This document shows, in pieces, positions 39,860-53,820 of a stretch of 64,000 nt of DNA. A program made the translations under genes and the position numbers. Source of the DNA: the human T2T-CHM13v2.0 reference genome, Homo sapiens; assembly GCF_009914755.1 (NCBI RefSeq), contig NC_060938.1; one strand, written 5' to 3'. How positions within the stretch are numbered: position 1 is the stretch's first letter; every line of letters starts with the position of its first letter. The notes beneath the pieces are model-generated. The model was not told where the DNA came from and made no database searches. It was given only the letters and a program-made list of their open reading frames with translations.

Positions 39860-42075
39860 TACATTATATATATGATCTATCTATCTACACACTTGTGCAC
39901 ACACACACCCCTTCAGGGATATATATTTTATTTTTTAGTAGAACTTGGAAATTTGTCACTTTTGGTTTAGAGGTATGTTCCTTAAATAATTTTCCCGGTT
40001 GATCTTTCATCTGTTTGCATTTCATTAAAATAACCACAAATAACTGTTCACCACAACATACTGGGAAGTTTTGGATAAAAGCCTTTTTAAAAAAATTTTA
40101 AATAAACAAATGCAATGACATAAAATTGTATTAATAGTGCTTAAGTTATAATGCTAAGGATAGCATTCTAGGAAAAAGTTTTTATTATATATAGCTGGCA
40201 CTTTATATCTTGGTAAACAGTGCTAGGAACTGTGACGTAGTTTCTTAGATGGAGAAATTTGCGAAAGAAAAACATACTAAAAGGAAAAAACAAACTTAGA
40301 TGAGCCAGCTATCACACTAGTAGATATTTGGTGAAAAATTAAGTGACTAGAAGAGATTTAGATTAAGCCATGGAGTATCCAGTTGCTACCAGTGCCTGCT
40401 TCTATTGAGATGTTTATTTAAACAAAGAAATCATCAAACAATAGTTTGAAGGAAGTTGTTTGTTTTTCCTCCTTTTCCTTTTTTATATTTTCTGAAAAAG
40501 GAAAAGAGAAGGCAGGAGAGGTTTGTCCCTCCATGTCACGGTTCACCTGCCTTGGAGGTGGAGTGTGGGAAGCCTTGCAGTCTGCTCACTCAACTGTATT
40601 TGACTAGGCCGTCAGCCCCTCAGCTTTCACAAGCATTGAATATGTCAGAAATCTTTCAGAGAAAGTGTACATTTTAACTGGACTGTTTCTGGTTTATATT
40701 TAATGCTGTTTAAAAAGCTTCAAGCATGTTGATGTCCAGGAGGCTCTCAAATGTGTGGGCTGTGCGACTCTGCTGCGTTGTCAGTGGATGTGTGATTCCA
40801 AGCAATTAGGATAGGAGACAGTTGGTGCAGATAATTCCTGGATCTCTAAGAAGCTTGGAGTAGTTTGTAAAGCAACCTGAAATTAACCTTTTCTCCAAAT
40901 GGGCTGTCTGTGCCTGGAGTAGGATTTTTCTACTGGGTGTACCACTTTAAAGGAATGACTCTTCTGGCAGGTGTAACCACTGATTTCCTTTAGAAGATTC
41001 CATGTTTATTGCTTAATTTTTAAAATGGACTGTGAAATGCTGTATATGAACAAATTATTACTGTGATTAACATGGTGACAATTATTTTCTGTAAGTCTGC
41101 CTTCCCCTGGCATGTTAAAAGGCGAATGCTCAGCTAGCTATGGAGGTGGGGGAAGTAGTTGTCATATTTCCCTCGTGAGAAGTCCTGGCCCTGCAGAGGG
41201 AGGAGGGTCCCTCTAGCACCCATACTTCCTGCTGGAATGTTGGGCTGGGTGAGCATGGAGAGTCATTGTCTTCATACCGTTGGTATGATCCAGTTTGTTT
41301 TCACCTTTACTACTGTAAGAAGAAAGAAAGAAATGTAGCCATAAAATGTATAGAAACATGGCCTTCAGGTGCTTGAATTTATTATTTTCTCAAGCTAACA
41401 TGTAGTGAATGAAGGGTACAACATCCATGTGTACACACACGTCTCCACCCTGGTTGGAGTTTAGTGATACTAAATGATGTTTTAAGAAGGGACTTGTATC
41501 CTTCTAATTTATAGCCTGTGGATTTCTAAAGAAGTGTCCTAGGTCTCTTTCTCAGCTAGTAGCCTCAAACTGTAAAATGCATAGCATCTGAAAAAAAAAA
41601 AGTATAGCTTAAAGGAGAACTGTTTATCCTTGGTGCCAATTTTCTCTGCATAACATTATTTCCAGAAAATTACTGGGGGATTTCCTGTGAGGAAAGAGGG
41701 GATGGGGGCAGAGAATTGACAAAAATGAGTAGAGAGCAAGACAGACCCTCACGTATTGAAGAACAGATTCTGTAGTCTTGGTAGCTGGCAGAAATGTTAA
41801 GTGCTTTTCACAGTCAACATTCAAACAGATTATCAGATGGCATATTTCACCCTGTTGTTACTTTAAATGAAGTGACCATGAAATCAACAAATCTGCTGTC
41901 AGGTGCCTGTCACTAAGATAGTTCTTTCTGTCACACAATGCCTCACATAGCAGGTAATGTGTTTTTAAGAATCAGTCCTGTGTCACCTCATCAAGTCCTT
42001 GTTAAAAAGATGAAATAAGACGGATGGTGTTGTGTACCATGGAGTTGACTGAAATTCAGTAGAATGAAATGTATG

Positions 42076-42078
<3 letters not shown>

Positions 42079-42112
<34 letters not shown>
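42079..42112. repeat. (CA)17 microsatellite
   Basis: Perfect CA run. Confidence 0.97.
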
Positions 42113-42114
<2 letters not shown>

Positions 42115-42899
42115 TACTTCAGAGAAAACAACCTTAGTATTAAGACTACAGTCTGTTACTGCTTTCTTGTGGGTCTTTGCTTGTGACCTTAGGATCACTG
42201 TGCACTTTTAGTTCTTATTTAATTCTAGACTTCAATTAAATTAGATTTTGAACTCACTGATGAAGACTAGGCAGGTTAGGTTTGTGCCACGTGGTGTATG
42301 GTTCTGCAGAGTGAAAACACAAAACTGACCTAGGATCTCTTGAACATGCTTGTTTTCCTTCCATGAAGTGAGGTGCTAATTTACTGAGCTATATGGAGTG
42401 TCACAGAATATTTTTGTTGAGTTTTCCTCTTGCCTTTTGGGGTATTCTCTGGATGTTTGTCGTCCTGTCTCAGCTGTCCTTTGGCAAAGTGCTCTCAGTA
42501 TTTCGAAATAATAATAGAAAAATCAGAAATTTTTCTGAAAACCATATGAACAGTGCAGTGAGCACCCACATCTGTTTGTATATTGATTGACCATGGTTTT
42601 ATTCAATCAAAGGCCTTATTCATAAAAGAATACATTTTATGTGTAAGTTTCCTCTGGTATATTAGTGGTCATAAGTATTATGTTCTCCTTGTGGAATATT
42701 AAGTACAACACTGAACTTATATATCCTACAACTTCTGGTCAGAATCATTGATGCCATGGTGCAATAGGTTTTTTTTCTTTTAATACTACTGAACTTGTGT
42801 CATCTGGATATAGCTGGTAGATAATTCAGTAGCAATCTTGTTATAATTTTAAGTCAAAATCCCAGAATGTCAGAATATGGATTGCAATACAAGGTAGCC

Positions 42900-43350
42900 T
42901 TAATTCATGCATGCATGAGTCCGTCCCATCAATCCAACTCTGAGTATTTATCATAGAGCTGTACCAAATTTGGACATAATAAAAGTAAATAAATACTTGC
43001 TTTCCAGGAATTCAGTCTGGTGGTGGAGGCGGGAAAAGGATTATTAATACCTATGGGTGATACAAAAGGTGTAACTTGGCCTGAGAATGACAGGAAAGAC
43101 TGCACAACCAAAGTAATCTTTGAGATGAATCTTGAAGGATGAACGGGAGTTCATCAGAAAGAGAGGAAAGGAAGGGTATGCATGCCAAGGCATGGAGAGG
43201 GAAATAGGCATGATATGTTTTGGAGAAGGTTGAATAGTTTGGTTGGACTATATCACAAGGAAGGTTATGTTCCAAAGACTTCATTTTTGAAAGATCTGGA
43301 AAGGGAGCTTTCCTTAGAACAACACTAAAGCATTTGGTGAGTTGACTTGA
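42900..43350 (-). mobile_element. L2 fragment
   Basis: cttgctttccaggaattcagtctggtgg...tttgagatgaatcttgaaggatgaacgggagttc. Confidence 0.6.
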
Positions 43351-45609
43351 CATACAGTAGTCAGAGCTCTGGTCACATTATAACGTGGGTGTCATTAGGA
43401 GAGAATATTGAGCTATTAACAAATCAGCCAAAGGTCTTTTTAGATAAGAACAGTCTCAAGATAATTGCTATAATTATTACTTACTATGGATATTGCTACT
43501 ACTGGTATTTTTTTCTATTTATGTTTTGTATGTAAGCATTGGTCCTTCGAGTTATCTTTAGACTTGTAAAGATGTATTTCTAGATGTTCTTCCCCAGGTT
43601 GCATTTGTAATGAGACTTGCAGCTTTCTTCACACTTCCTTACAGCTTGGTTGATAAAAATCACAATTTTTATTGTGTGTGTGTGTGTGAGTGTGTGAAAT
43701 ATTCAGCTAGATAATCACACCTGTAGGCTCTTGTAACAACGGGAGTAATATATTTTATTTTTTTGAAATCACTATGTTCCAATTACCATTTGAATTAAAA
43801 AGTTGCAACATTGGGTTGTCATTTATGCTGCTTAAAGGTCTTAACTATAGAGCTATCATTTGTAGTTTTAAATTACCGATCACGTCTTTAGTATTATCTT
43901 TAATGCATATTATACTTATGGAATAAGTTGACAGGTATATTTTCCTTATGCTTGTGGTTATTGATTTTTCCAGCCTTTGACGTGAAGCTCTGTACTTGAA
44001 TGTACGTGGTATAATTAGCATTTTTCTCAGATGTTGTGAGGATGACTGAAACAAAATCAAATAGAAAACAAAAGCCTTAGAGAGAGATACGTAGATATAG
44101 GCACAACTTTTAGTGGAGTAGGGGGAAGCCATTTATAATTTTATTAACTCATAGACATTTGAGGTTATGATTTCCTATCATTGGTCGTTATATATACATA
44201 GAATTTTGGTGGTTGGTCCTTTAATTATGGCATCCATTTAGAATATTCTAGTGTCTTAAAGTGTTTATTGGGAATTATGGAACTTGCTTTTCCTGTCCTG
44301 AAATGAGCTCATGAAAATGCATGAAGGCTCTTGTCATTTGAGGTGGCAGGGGGTGTTTTTGGCAGTACAATAAGTTTTTCCCTATAAAGAATAGCTAGGA
44401 TGGAACAGTGAAGTGTCGGAATGCATGGAGATCAGATTAAATGTATTTGAATTAGTATCTCTATGGGTTTTATATCTCAAAGTCAAAATAGTCATTCTCA
44501 TCAGATAAAAATATTCTTGACTGGAGAAACTCTGATCCAGAAACAATCTATCATTTGAATCCCCTGATTGTAATATGAATGGATATTCAAGTTCTGACAC
44601 ACTGAGAGTTAATGCTGTATCCCAGCGGTTTATTGAATCACAGTGCCATCTAAAGTGATCCTCTAAGAGAGAAACCAGTCAGAATAAGTATTTAGATACC
44701 AACTACCAAGGCACCTCGCTGTAGTACAATTCCCAGTGGTGGAATTTGTAAATGAAATGTCTATCCTGCTCCTCATCCAGGCAGTGCTAGTTACTGAAGT
44801 GCAAAAGTCTTTGCTGTAGGCACTCTTTAAGGTCCTGTGAATATAAAATTGTTATAGTGTTATAACAAAAATTCAGTGTCCATTCCATCAGTAGCTGTGA
44901 CAGCAATAGGTATTTGCGGCTAAGAGGCCAATTGAAATTATTTGATATTATCCTCGTAATTACTTTAAATTATCAGAACTTTAAACTTGAATCACTCTAC
45001 CGTATCAAACTTTGGGGATTGTTACTTAAGTAATGATTGGTTACCGGAAGTATCATACCAGAGAATCATGTTCACTTTGGGATTTCGAAAATAGCAATCT
45101 CTATAATCGTGACATATTTTTATTTAAGCATCCCTTTTGGTCACACTGCTAAGTGTTTTTTTAAGCTTTGTTTCTCTTTTACCTTTCAAATGTTATGCAT
45201 AATTCATTGAACTCTATTCAAGGTCTGCAGAGGCAATATTTCCAATGTACATAGCCTAGGTATGGCATTTTTCTTCCTGTTGATTTATGTTATTTGGATG
45301 TTTTCTGCCTTTTAAAAATTTTCTTTGGGTTTCAAGATATTATGTATGGTGATGGTGTTATTTGATTGAACCTAATAGACCACTTTGTAAATAAATATCT
45401 AGCTTAGATTGTTAAGTGATAATAGGTAGAATTTTAGATCAATCCAAAGGGTTTGTCCAAAATAAAATATTAACTTGGTAACAATTAGATACAGGCTATA
45501 CCCATTTTTGTTATAAATATTTATTGTAATTTTCTTCCAGAATTTGTTAATTACTAATTAACTTTATTTTTCCACCGTAGAAATAACAAGATTTTCAAAT
45601 CACATAGAA

Positions 45610-45800
45610 CAGTTAAAACACTAGCTTTCATAGGAGCTACACAGACTAGGTATGTGACCTTGAGTGACTTAGCTAAAGTATTTGACCTTCAGTTGGCTCC
45701 ACTGTGAAATGAGGATAGTAGTGTCTATAAAGTTGGGATAAGAATTAGAGATAACATATATGAAGGACCTGACACATGGTGAGGATCAATACACGGTGGT
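45610..45800 (+). mobile_element. MIR fragment
   Basis: tatgtgaccttgag...ctgtgaaatgaggatagtag...aagaattagagataacatatatgaag. Confidence 0.6.
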
Positions 45801-48559
45801 GGTGGTGGTGATTATTTAAAATTACTCTTTTCAGTTGGCCTCTGAATACATGGGAAAAAATACTCTAATTGGATAATAGATTATCATCTAAATATAGAAT
45901 ATTATCGATCCATATAATGAATGGTAAGTCTGCATCAGGATATTAAAAACATATTGAATGGATTCCAGAAACACCTGGACCTCCAGTTTCACGACAATTT
46001 GAATAGGAAGGGAACCTTCTACCTTTACTATCTAACCATTAGCAAAATTTGGCCTGGTTTGCTCACTGACTCAATCCTAATTTGTGTTGAAAGAAAGCCT
46101 CTCTTTTAAAAAAGAATAAAGAGTAATATTTCCATGCATTAATCTTAATTTTGTGGTTTCTACTGGCTGGCTAATATTTGTTAAAGACTGATAAAAAATA
46201 GAAACCAAAGTCCATGCTTTCATGAGGTTTATAATGTGCTTGTAGCAAACAGTATTCAGTGAAAGAGCTAAATAATAAGTTCATATCATCAAAGGGCAAC
46301 ATGGCATGATTAATAATTATCTGTGTAAATACTGTAGGGGTATAGAGAAAAACAGAGATGAGAGTGGGCAGTGAGCTGATGTGAGGATGCTTCTTGGAGG
46401 AAATAATTGAAGCTATTGTCAGATAGGTAAGGAAAATGACATCTATGAAAAGCCACGCTGGTGGGTTGTCTCAGGGAGCCAGCAAACAAATGTTTATCTG
46501 GAATTTATGGGAAATATTAAGTATTTTTAAGACAAAATACAAAACTATGTGTGAATAAAGATCTTTGTTTGCCAAAATTTTGAAATTGTATTCAGTAGAT
46601 AATATGTATTAGTTGTAGGTTTCTGAGTAATAGATTCTTTATTGTGTTTCCTTGATACCAAACTTGAGAATGAGGTCATTAAAATATGGTGGGAATGTTA
46701 GATGGTAAGCAGGTGAGAGAGTAATATAGCAGGCATGTGTGCGCCAAGGGAGGACGTTTTGCATGAGATTAGAAGAGTGTGTCGGGGGGGGAGTGTGTTT
46801 GTGTGTGTGTATGTGTGTGTGGTTGGGAGGGTAGCAGTGAGAGAAATAAGTAACCTCCATTTAGCAGGATTGTAAGAGATGCAGAGTACTATAGGTGAAC
46901 AGGGAGAGAGAGAGGCTTTAGTTAGGGTAAGAGATACAGTATATGTTCTGGGAGGAGGTTGAGGATGGAGAGAGTTCATCTTCAGGGGAATGGATGTTAG
47001 AGGAAGATTCATCAGTGGGAAAAGCTATGGGGGTAAGGTAGGCTGGGGTGAGGAGTAGAGATCCATAAATGAATGAGAGTAAAAGGAGACCAGAGGGGTT
47101 GCATTTTGAATTTTGTTGAGAACTCCAGAAGTGAAAGATGTGCATGAGACGTATTAGTCTCAAGTTTCCCAACTATGACACAAGAGCAGTTTTTGTGCCA
47201 GAACTGGCTAGGATCCTAGTTGGTGACAGTGCCTGGTTTATTCGTTTATAACTCAAGGTATGTGGAGCAACAGTGTCTCAAAAAAGTGAAAATTGTAACT
47301 TCCTTTTGCAGTTTTATAGAGCATGTTCCTGTGAGAAATTATCTTTTATACATTAAAGCTTAAATTTTTCTCCATTTTGTCTTTTAAGTAGAATTAACGA
47401 TTCCCAGAATTATCTCAGAGAAAATGGAGCTCACTGAGCATTTCTGTTAATACATATCAGTTACCTTAATTGCAAAATTGTGCCTCAAATCTTAGCAGTT
47501 CAAAGTTTGCATAACAGGTTTGATATGAATGAAGTCAACAGATTTTTTTAAAATCACGCGTGGGCTTCTGTATTGAATTCTCTGCTGAAATAGATATCAC
47601 CTTGGAAGTGGAAAATACGTGAGCAGCAATACATAGATTTCTCTTTCTAGCATTACCTCAGTTTGGCTGTGCAAGAAGATCACAGTACTGGAGAAGTTAC
47701 GTGGCATCCTGCAGACTCAGAGAGACACAGGCCCTGCAGATTTATCATGAGTTCAGATTGTACCTCTTGAGATATTACTTCTAAGCCCTAAATAATTTCC
47801 TTTGGCTCTAGGCATGGAAATCTATACTAATTTCTGTTACTATATTAGCCTCAGTGTTGACTAATAAAATTAATCTCTTTTACATTAGACAAGCCCTTGT
47901 TATATTCTTATCTGGACCATTGAGTATCATGAGGAGAGGCACACCCTATCTTAACTACCACTAGAAAAAAGTTGCAGGCCCTCTTGTGCATGTGTTAGCA
48001 TAAAGAAAGCATGTCATGTACTCTTAGAGCTAAAAGGGATGTTAGAGGCCAGTTGTGTGCTCTCCAATCTAAAACAGGAATCCCCTCTTTAGTACCCCCA
48101 GGAGTGAGCCAGAATGGCAGGTATTAACTCAATCTAAGGAAGAGCAGTCATACCAAGACCTCAGAATTGTAAAGGACTGAGCTGTAATGTGGTTATTCAA
48201 GCAAAGTATGGGAAATAAGTGGAAAAGGAAGTTTTAATAGATCACTTCTAAAGTTCCTTCTAAAATTCTGTAATTTCGTAAAGCATGCTCCTTCAGATTT
48301 GACTTCAGTGTCTAATAGGAGTGAGAGGGAAGAAAAGAATACTAGCTTGCTGAAGGATTTAAGGAAGCCAAACAGGTTACAGTGAAAAAGAAAACATAAT
48401 AATGGGGAGCCTAGCTTTCCCTTTTAAGAACAGCTGAAATGATAAGTGAAAGTATAGTAAATAACTCTTCAGTGCTATTAATGATTGAATAACATTAGCT
48501 TTTCCATGGCAGAAGTATTTCATCACAGCACATGTTCAGAGCACATATACCCTCTATTA

Positions 48560-48732
48560 GGCACTATACTGAGTGCTTTCGTGGTACTGTTTTCTTCTAG
48601 TGATCCCAACTCTATGAAGTAGGCATTCTTATTATCCCACTTTACAGATGAGTAAACCAAGGCTTACCAAGGCTAAGTAGCTTGTTTGAAGCCAACAACC
48701 AGTGAATGGAAGGGCTAGAATGCAAGCCCAAA
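48560..48732 (-). mobile_element. MIR (abutting or interrupted by the THE1 LTR)
   Basis: aactctatgaagtagg...attatcccactttacagatgagtaaaccaaggctt...gggctagaatgcaagccca. Confidence 0.75.
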
Positions 48733-49103
48733 TGATATGGTTTGGCTGTGTCCACACCCAAATTTCACCTTGAACTGTACTTCCCATAATCCTCCCATGT
48801 TGTGGGAGGGACCTGGTGAGAGGTAGTTGAATTGTGGAGGTGGTTACTTCCATGCTGTTCTCGTGATAGTGAGTTCTCATGAGATCTGATGGTTTCTTGA
48901 GGGGCTTTTCCCCTTTTGCTTGGCACTTCTCCTTCCTGCCACTGTGTGAAGAAGGATGTATTTGCTTCCCCTTCGGCCATGATTATAGGTTTCCTGAGAC
49001 CGCCCCAGCCATGCTAAACTGTGAGTCAATTAAACCTCTTTCCTTTATGAATTACCCAGTCTTGGGTGTGTCTTTATTAGCAGCATGAGAATGGACTAAT
49101 ACA
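48733..49103 (+). mobile_element. THE1C/D MaLR solo LTR
   Basis: tgatatggtttggctgtgtcc...ctgtgagtcaattaaacctctttcc...ggactaataca; 5-bp TSD ccaaa/ccaag. Confidence 0.93.
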
Positions 49104-49237
49104 CCAAGGCATCAGCTAACAGCTACCGTAATATGAACCTTAACAAATAAAAGGAAATATTTATGCAGGAGAATACCATCATTCTTAAATCATGCATGTT
49201 GAAGTGCAGGGGTAAAATTTCATGATGTATTTTTATA

Positions 49238-49797
49238 TGATCCATGATCGAGCAACTCCACTTCTGGGAATGTAGCCAAAAGAATCAAAAGCAGGGTCTT
49301 GAAGAGATGTTTGCAAAACCGTCCTTATAACAGCATTATTCACATTAGCCAAATGGTGACAACAACCCAAATATTCATTGACAGATGAATAGAATTTTAA
49401 AAAAGGGGTATATACGTACAAGGGAATATTATTCAGCCTTAAAAAGGAAGGAAATTCTGACACATGCTACAACGTCTGTGAACTTTGAGGACATTATGCT
49501 AAATGAAATAAGCCAGTCACAAAAGACAAGTACTATATGATTTTGTCTGTATAAGGGACTTAGAGTAGTCAGATTTATAGAGATAGAAAGTAGAATAGTG
49601 GTTGCCAGGAACTGAGGGTAGCGAGGAATGGGGAATTGTCATTTAAAGTGTATAGAGTTTAGCTTTGCAACACGAAAAGAGTTCTGGAGACTGGTTCACA
49701 ATGATGTGAGTTTACTTAACATTACTGAACCATACACTTAAAAACAGTTAAGATGGTAAATTTTATTTATACCTATTTTACCACAATTTTTTAAAAA
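49238..49797 (+). mobile_element. L1MB-like 3' end (flanks resemble an older L1M 3' end)
   Basis: gcaactccacttctggg...aaggaaattctgacacatgctacaac...gaggacattatgctaaatgaaataagccagtcacaaaag...ttttaccacaatttttt. Confidence 0.85.
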
Positions 49798-50204
49798 TGT
49801 CATTATGTTTATAATTTACCTTCCATTATTATCCAAAAATGTGTGTATGTGTTCATGCTTATATTTTTAGACTAAGCAGCTAGTGCCAAATGATAATAAT
49901 TGCTGAATCAAGGTAGAAGGTATATGGATATTTACTACAATATTATTTTCACTTTATTATACTTCTGAAATTTTTAATTAAAGTTGGGGAAATGTATAGT
50001 CATAATGGACAAAAATAATTACATCCTTAATAGTTAAATTAACCAAATGATATTGACCAAATGATATCCTTCAAGTTACAACTTAAATCTTCCAAGACAT
50101 TTTCTGACTATTCTAATTCCTACTACCTTCACTTTTTTAACGTAAATAACTACTCCTTAGAATCCGTACAGTTATATCTTCCAATTGTACTGTGCACATT
50201 AATT

Positions 50205-50685
50205 TTAGTTATCTCATGCTGCATAACAAGGGACCCCAAAATACGTCTCTTCAGTTAACAGTGATTTAATATTGTTCATGGTATGCAGATTGGCCGGAGA
50301 GTTTTCCTGTTAGTCTTACCTGAGATTGTGTGACAGCATTCACCTGGCACATGGGCTGGGCTTGTCAGTTGAGTGTGTAGATCTTCCTGCACATGGCCTC
50401 TCTAGTTGGATAGTTTGGATAGTTTGGTCTTTTTCATAATAGAGGTCTCTGGGTGGTGAGACTTCTTATGTGGTAGCTGGCTTTCACCAGAGCAAAAGCA
50501 AAAGTTACCTGGCCATTTAAAGGCTAGGCAGGAGCTAACACAGTGTCACTTCTGCCCCTTTCTGTTGGTCAGAGCAAGTCACAAGGCCAGCCTTGGAACC
50601 AAGGGAAGGCAAATAGACTCTACCTCATGATGGGAGAAGCAACAAATAATTTACAGCCATCCTTAGACCGCCAGATATTTAAAAC
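50205..50685 (-). mobile_element. Old MaLR LTR (MLT1-like)
   Basis: gttatctcatgctgcataacaa...cagtgtcacttctgcc...gcaagtcacaaggccagcc...atagactctacctcatgatgggag. Confidence 0.65.
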
Positions 50686-51299
50686 TACAATTAAAATGCT
50701 GTCTGATCTATCAAATGATATCATATAAATTGTATAATGGCGAGTAAGAGACAGCCCCTGCCTTCAAAGAAAGTTCAGTGCAATGACAGAAGGGAAGAAG
50801 GAAAGTGGCATGTATGAAGGACCTATGTGAGGCACTGTGCTGGTTACTTCTCCTTAACAAAAAGAATTCTAGAGTAAATAAGTTATGATTCTATTTTACT
50901 GGTTCAGTAGCCGAGGCTCTATGGGGTTGGAAAAAAAAATCTGTCAATCTAAAGTGTACAGAGTGGAGGAGTCCAACCCTAAGTTCACTTTTCTTTGTGC
51001 TGTTTCCTCTTTACCTGATGCACAGGACAACCTCCCGCAAAGCTCCAAATGCCAACAGGGCCAAGGTTGAGAAACCTCACACAGAGCACTTGTCACATTG
51101 ACTTATCAGTTTTTTGCACATCTGCCTCTCCAGATACATTATGAACTTTTTGTGAACATGTTTATTTTTCATCCTTGTGTTACAAGTTCATGGCACGTGG
51201 TAGGTATTCAAGAAATGTCCTCTGACTGAATGAATCAAAGCCAAACTATGACCAATTCCTTATGGGAAGTATAACTAAAGAAGGGTGGAGTTTAAGGGA

Positions 51300-51830
51300 A
51301 AGAGAGATTCCTTCCCAGTGTTCCTGGTCAATCGGGAAGGAGTTTGTAGAGGAATTGGGGTTGGAGAAGCCATCAAAGAAAGGGTATAATGTTGGTTGGT
51401 AGAAGAGCACTTTGCAGAAAGGGAATGGCATGAACATCATTTGGGGTGAAAGAAGAACACTATGTGCTTAGGTAAGAGAGTTGTCTAGTGTAGCTGGAGC
51501 ATGGTTCCTGTAAAGGGAGAGTAAGAGAGAGGGCTGACAATCTGGCTTGGAATGACAGCCTTGAGAGGATACATTTCTATTCAGTAATCAGTGAAGAAAC
51601 TTAGAATGTTTTTGATTTGGGGGAAGATCAGGGTTGTTCTTAGAAGGATTCCAACATGGCACATGTATACATATGTAACAAATCTGCACGTTGTGCACGT
51701 GTACCCTAGAACTTAAAGTATAATAAAAAAAATTTTTAAAAAAGAAAGATTGCTCTGGTAACAAGGTATCAGAGAGACCAGAAATACAGACTGGTTGAAC
51801 AGTCATTGCTCTTGTTCAGGTCGTGAGCAT
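51300..51830 (-). mobile_element. L2 fragment (hosts the L1PA insertion)
   Basis: gtctagtgtagctggagcatgg...gggaagatcaggg[L1]gattgctctgg. Confidence 0.55.
51651..51742 (+). mobile_element. L1PA 3' terminal fragment (~80 bp plus tail) with TSD
   Basis: catggcacatgtatacatatgtaacaaatctgcacgttgtgcacgtgtaccctagaacttaaagtataataaaa; TSD agaaggatt / agaaagatt. Confidence 0.92.
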
Positions 51831-52824
51831 CTCCTCCGACATGCTCATGTCTGAGGCAAAAAGGAGAATGTGGACACAGGATGTGATTTGGCTCCCCAGA
51901 TAGATGGCATGCTGAGTGAGGACAGGAACCATGATGTTTACACCTGTGTCACCCACAGCACCTGACATGGCAGAGGGAAGCACATTCAGTGCATGTTCAA
52001 TACATGCATGAAGCAGATGTCATTTGGTAAGACTAACTTCCATACATAAGTAGGGAAATTAATTTCATTTATTTCTGGGAAAGTAAGGCATGTATTTGCT
52101 GATTGACTACCATTTTGTTAATTCATTGTTTAGTGGTGGGATAGATGGTTAGATGTATACACCTCAAAAAAAATTAGGAGATGACAGTTTGAAGGATTGA
52201 GTTCAAGACAGGCTAGAACATCCTCCAGCCTCTCCAGCTGGTGCCTCCACGCTGCATGCTTTCCTTGTCCTACAAACTGCAGAGAACATTGCTTCTCAGA
52301 ATGATGCAAAGCACCACACTAAGATGAGTTTCTTTAACCTTCATGTATTTATTTTGTTATCAGGGCTTTGCACACCTCCCCTAGGGTGGAAGAGGTAATG
52401 AAATTTTAGTATAAAAGACTTCCTACCAGACATCAGTCTTCATGGGGGAATAAAAGTAAATAATAGATAGCAAGGAATATCAACCAATGATTAGAGCCCA
52501 TTCTGCTTAATTAGTTCAAAATAACTTCAAGGCAAGATTGTACAGATTTGTAGATACTCTAGAGTTGACCAGTACAGAATAGGATTCAAAATAAGATGGA
52601 ATTTATCCTCAAGAGATACTATGGGCTGGGAAACAATGGGAAGTAGGGTGTTCCAGGTTATCTTTTTGGCTTTTTCAGTAACTCCTGAAATAACCTGGGT
52701 AAGGCATATCTCTATCGTTATTCTCCAGTCCCATTATGAATAAGAGTAGAACAATGTGGCCCTTATATTCTGCTTGGGGAAATTTGGGGGTTAATATACA
52801 TGATGTCCGTAGGCATAATAACAC

Positions 52825-53040
52825 AGCAGAAAGACAGCATGGGATTTGGAGCCAAACTGCCTCACCCTTGGCTTTGCCGCCTCCTAGCTGAGTCACCTTG
52901 AACAGATGACTTGGTAGGTCTTAGCCTCAGTTCCTCAACTGTAAAATGGAGTTAAAGATCATCCCAGCGTTTTTGTGTGTGGTGGTCGGTTAATGCACAT
53001 ATTGAGCACAAAGTAGGTGCTCAATATGTAAGTCTCTAAT
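52825..53040 (+). mobile_element. MIR
   Basis: gcatgggatttggagccaaactgcc...gcctcagttcctcaactgtaaaatgg...gtaggtgctcaata. Confidence 0.75.
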
Positions 53041-53745
53041 ATAAGTCACTATTCCTATTATTATTTTATTTAGGTGTTTTTATGTAACACAAGGCAAATA
53101 TATAGATGATATTGTCCAGTAACTGGAAAGTTCTTAAGACACAGGCAAAAATCAACTTTGTTACTAGTCTCACAAACAAAAATTCTGTGAGTAGCCTTGA
53201 GAAACAGAAAGGATTTAGACAGATAAGAGGTGGCAGGCATTCCACAGGCAGCTGACAAATCTGCAGGACTGAATGAGCCAGTCGGGTTTTGTGAGAAGGG
53301 AAGGGGCCTGTGCTGCCAGAGATGGGTTTGCTTTGCAGAGCAGTAGAAATATAAGCCCTCTGAGCACAAGGACCTTTGTGCCTCCATAGCAGCTCCCTAG
53401 TGTAGTGCCATGAATATGGTAGACACTTAGCTAAAGGTTTATTGATCAAATTGGACCAAGACTGATGAAAATTACTGGCAGTGATAAAATCAAGATGCTC
53501 TTCAGTGAATTGGAGTGCCAGCAGGGTTTGATGCTGTGAAATGTTTCTGATTCCCATTGCCTCCGTCAGTATCCCTTGGTTAAAGGCATCTGCCCAGGTT
53601 GATGTGTCATGGTAATAGAATTGTAGAAGGTTTAATTGTATTTTTTAATCTATAAACTGGCTGCCAAATTATAAGACTGGTATTCAGATCTACTTTTGCA
53701 TTCCTGAGCAATTACGTTTTTGCTAATTTTTTTGTATAAGTACAG

Positions 53746-53820
53746 GTGTGTGTGTCCTCTGTGTATATATGTGTGTTACATACATACACATTTGTGTGTG
53801 TGTATGTGTGTGTGTGTGTG
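53746..53820. repeat. Degenerate TG/CA-rich simple repeat
   Basis: Interrupted gtgt/tata/caca runs ending in (TG)n. Confidence 0.8.

Noticed and set aside
42905-42918. 14-bp palindrome tcatgcatgcatga containing two TGCATG
   Set aside because: A short (ATGC)n run at a decayed L2 tail, with no nearby exon to give RBFOX sites meaning
53066-53557. 163-aa minus-strand ORF
   Set aside because: No recognisable homology; partly overlaps an L2-like end; consistent with chance
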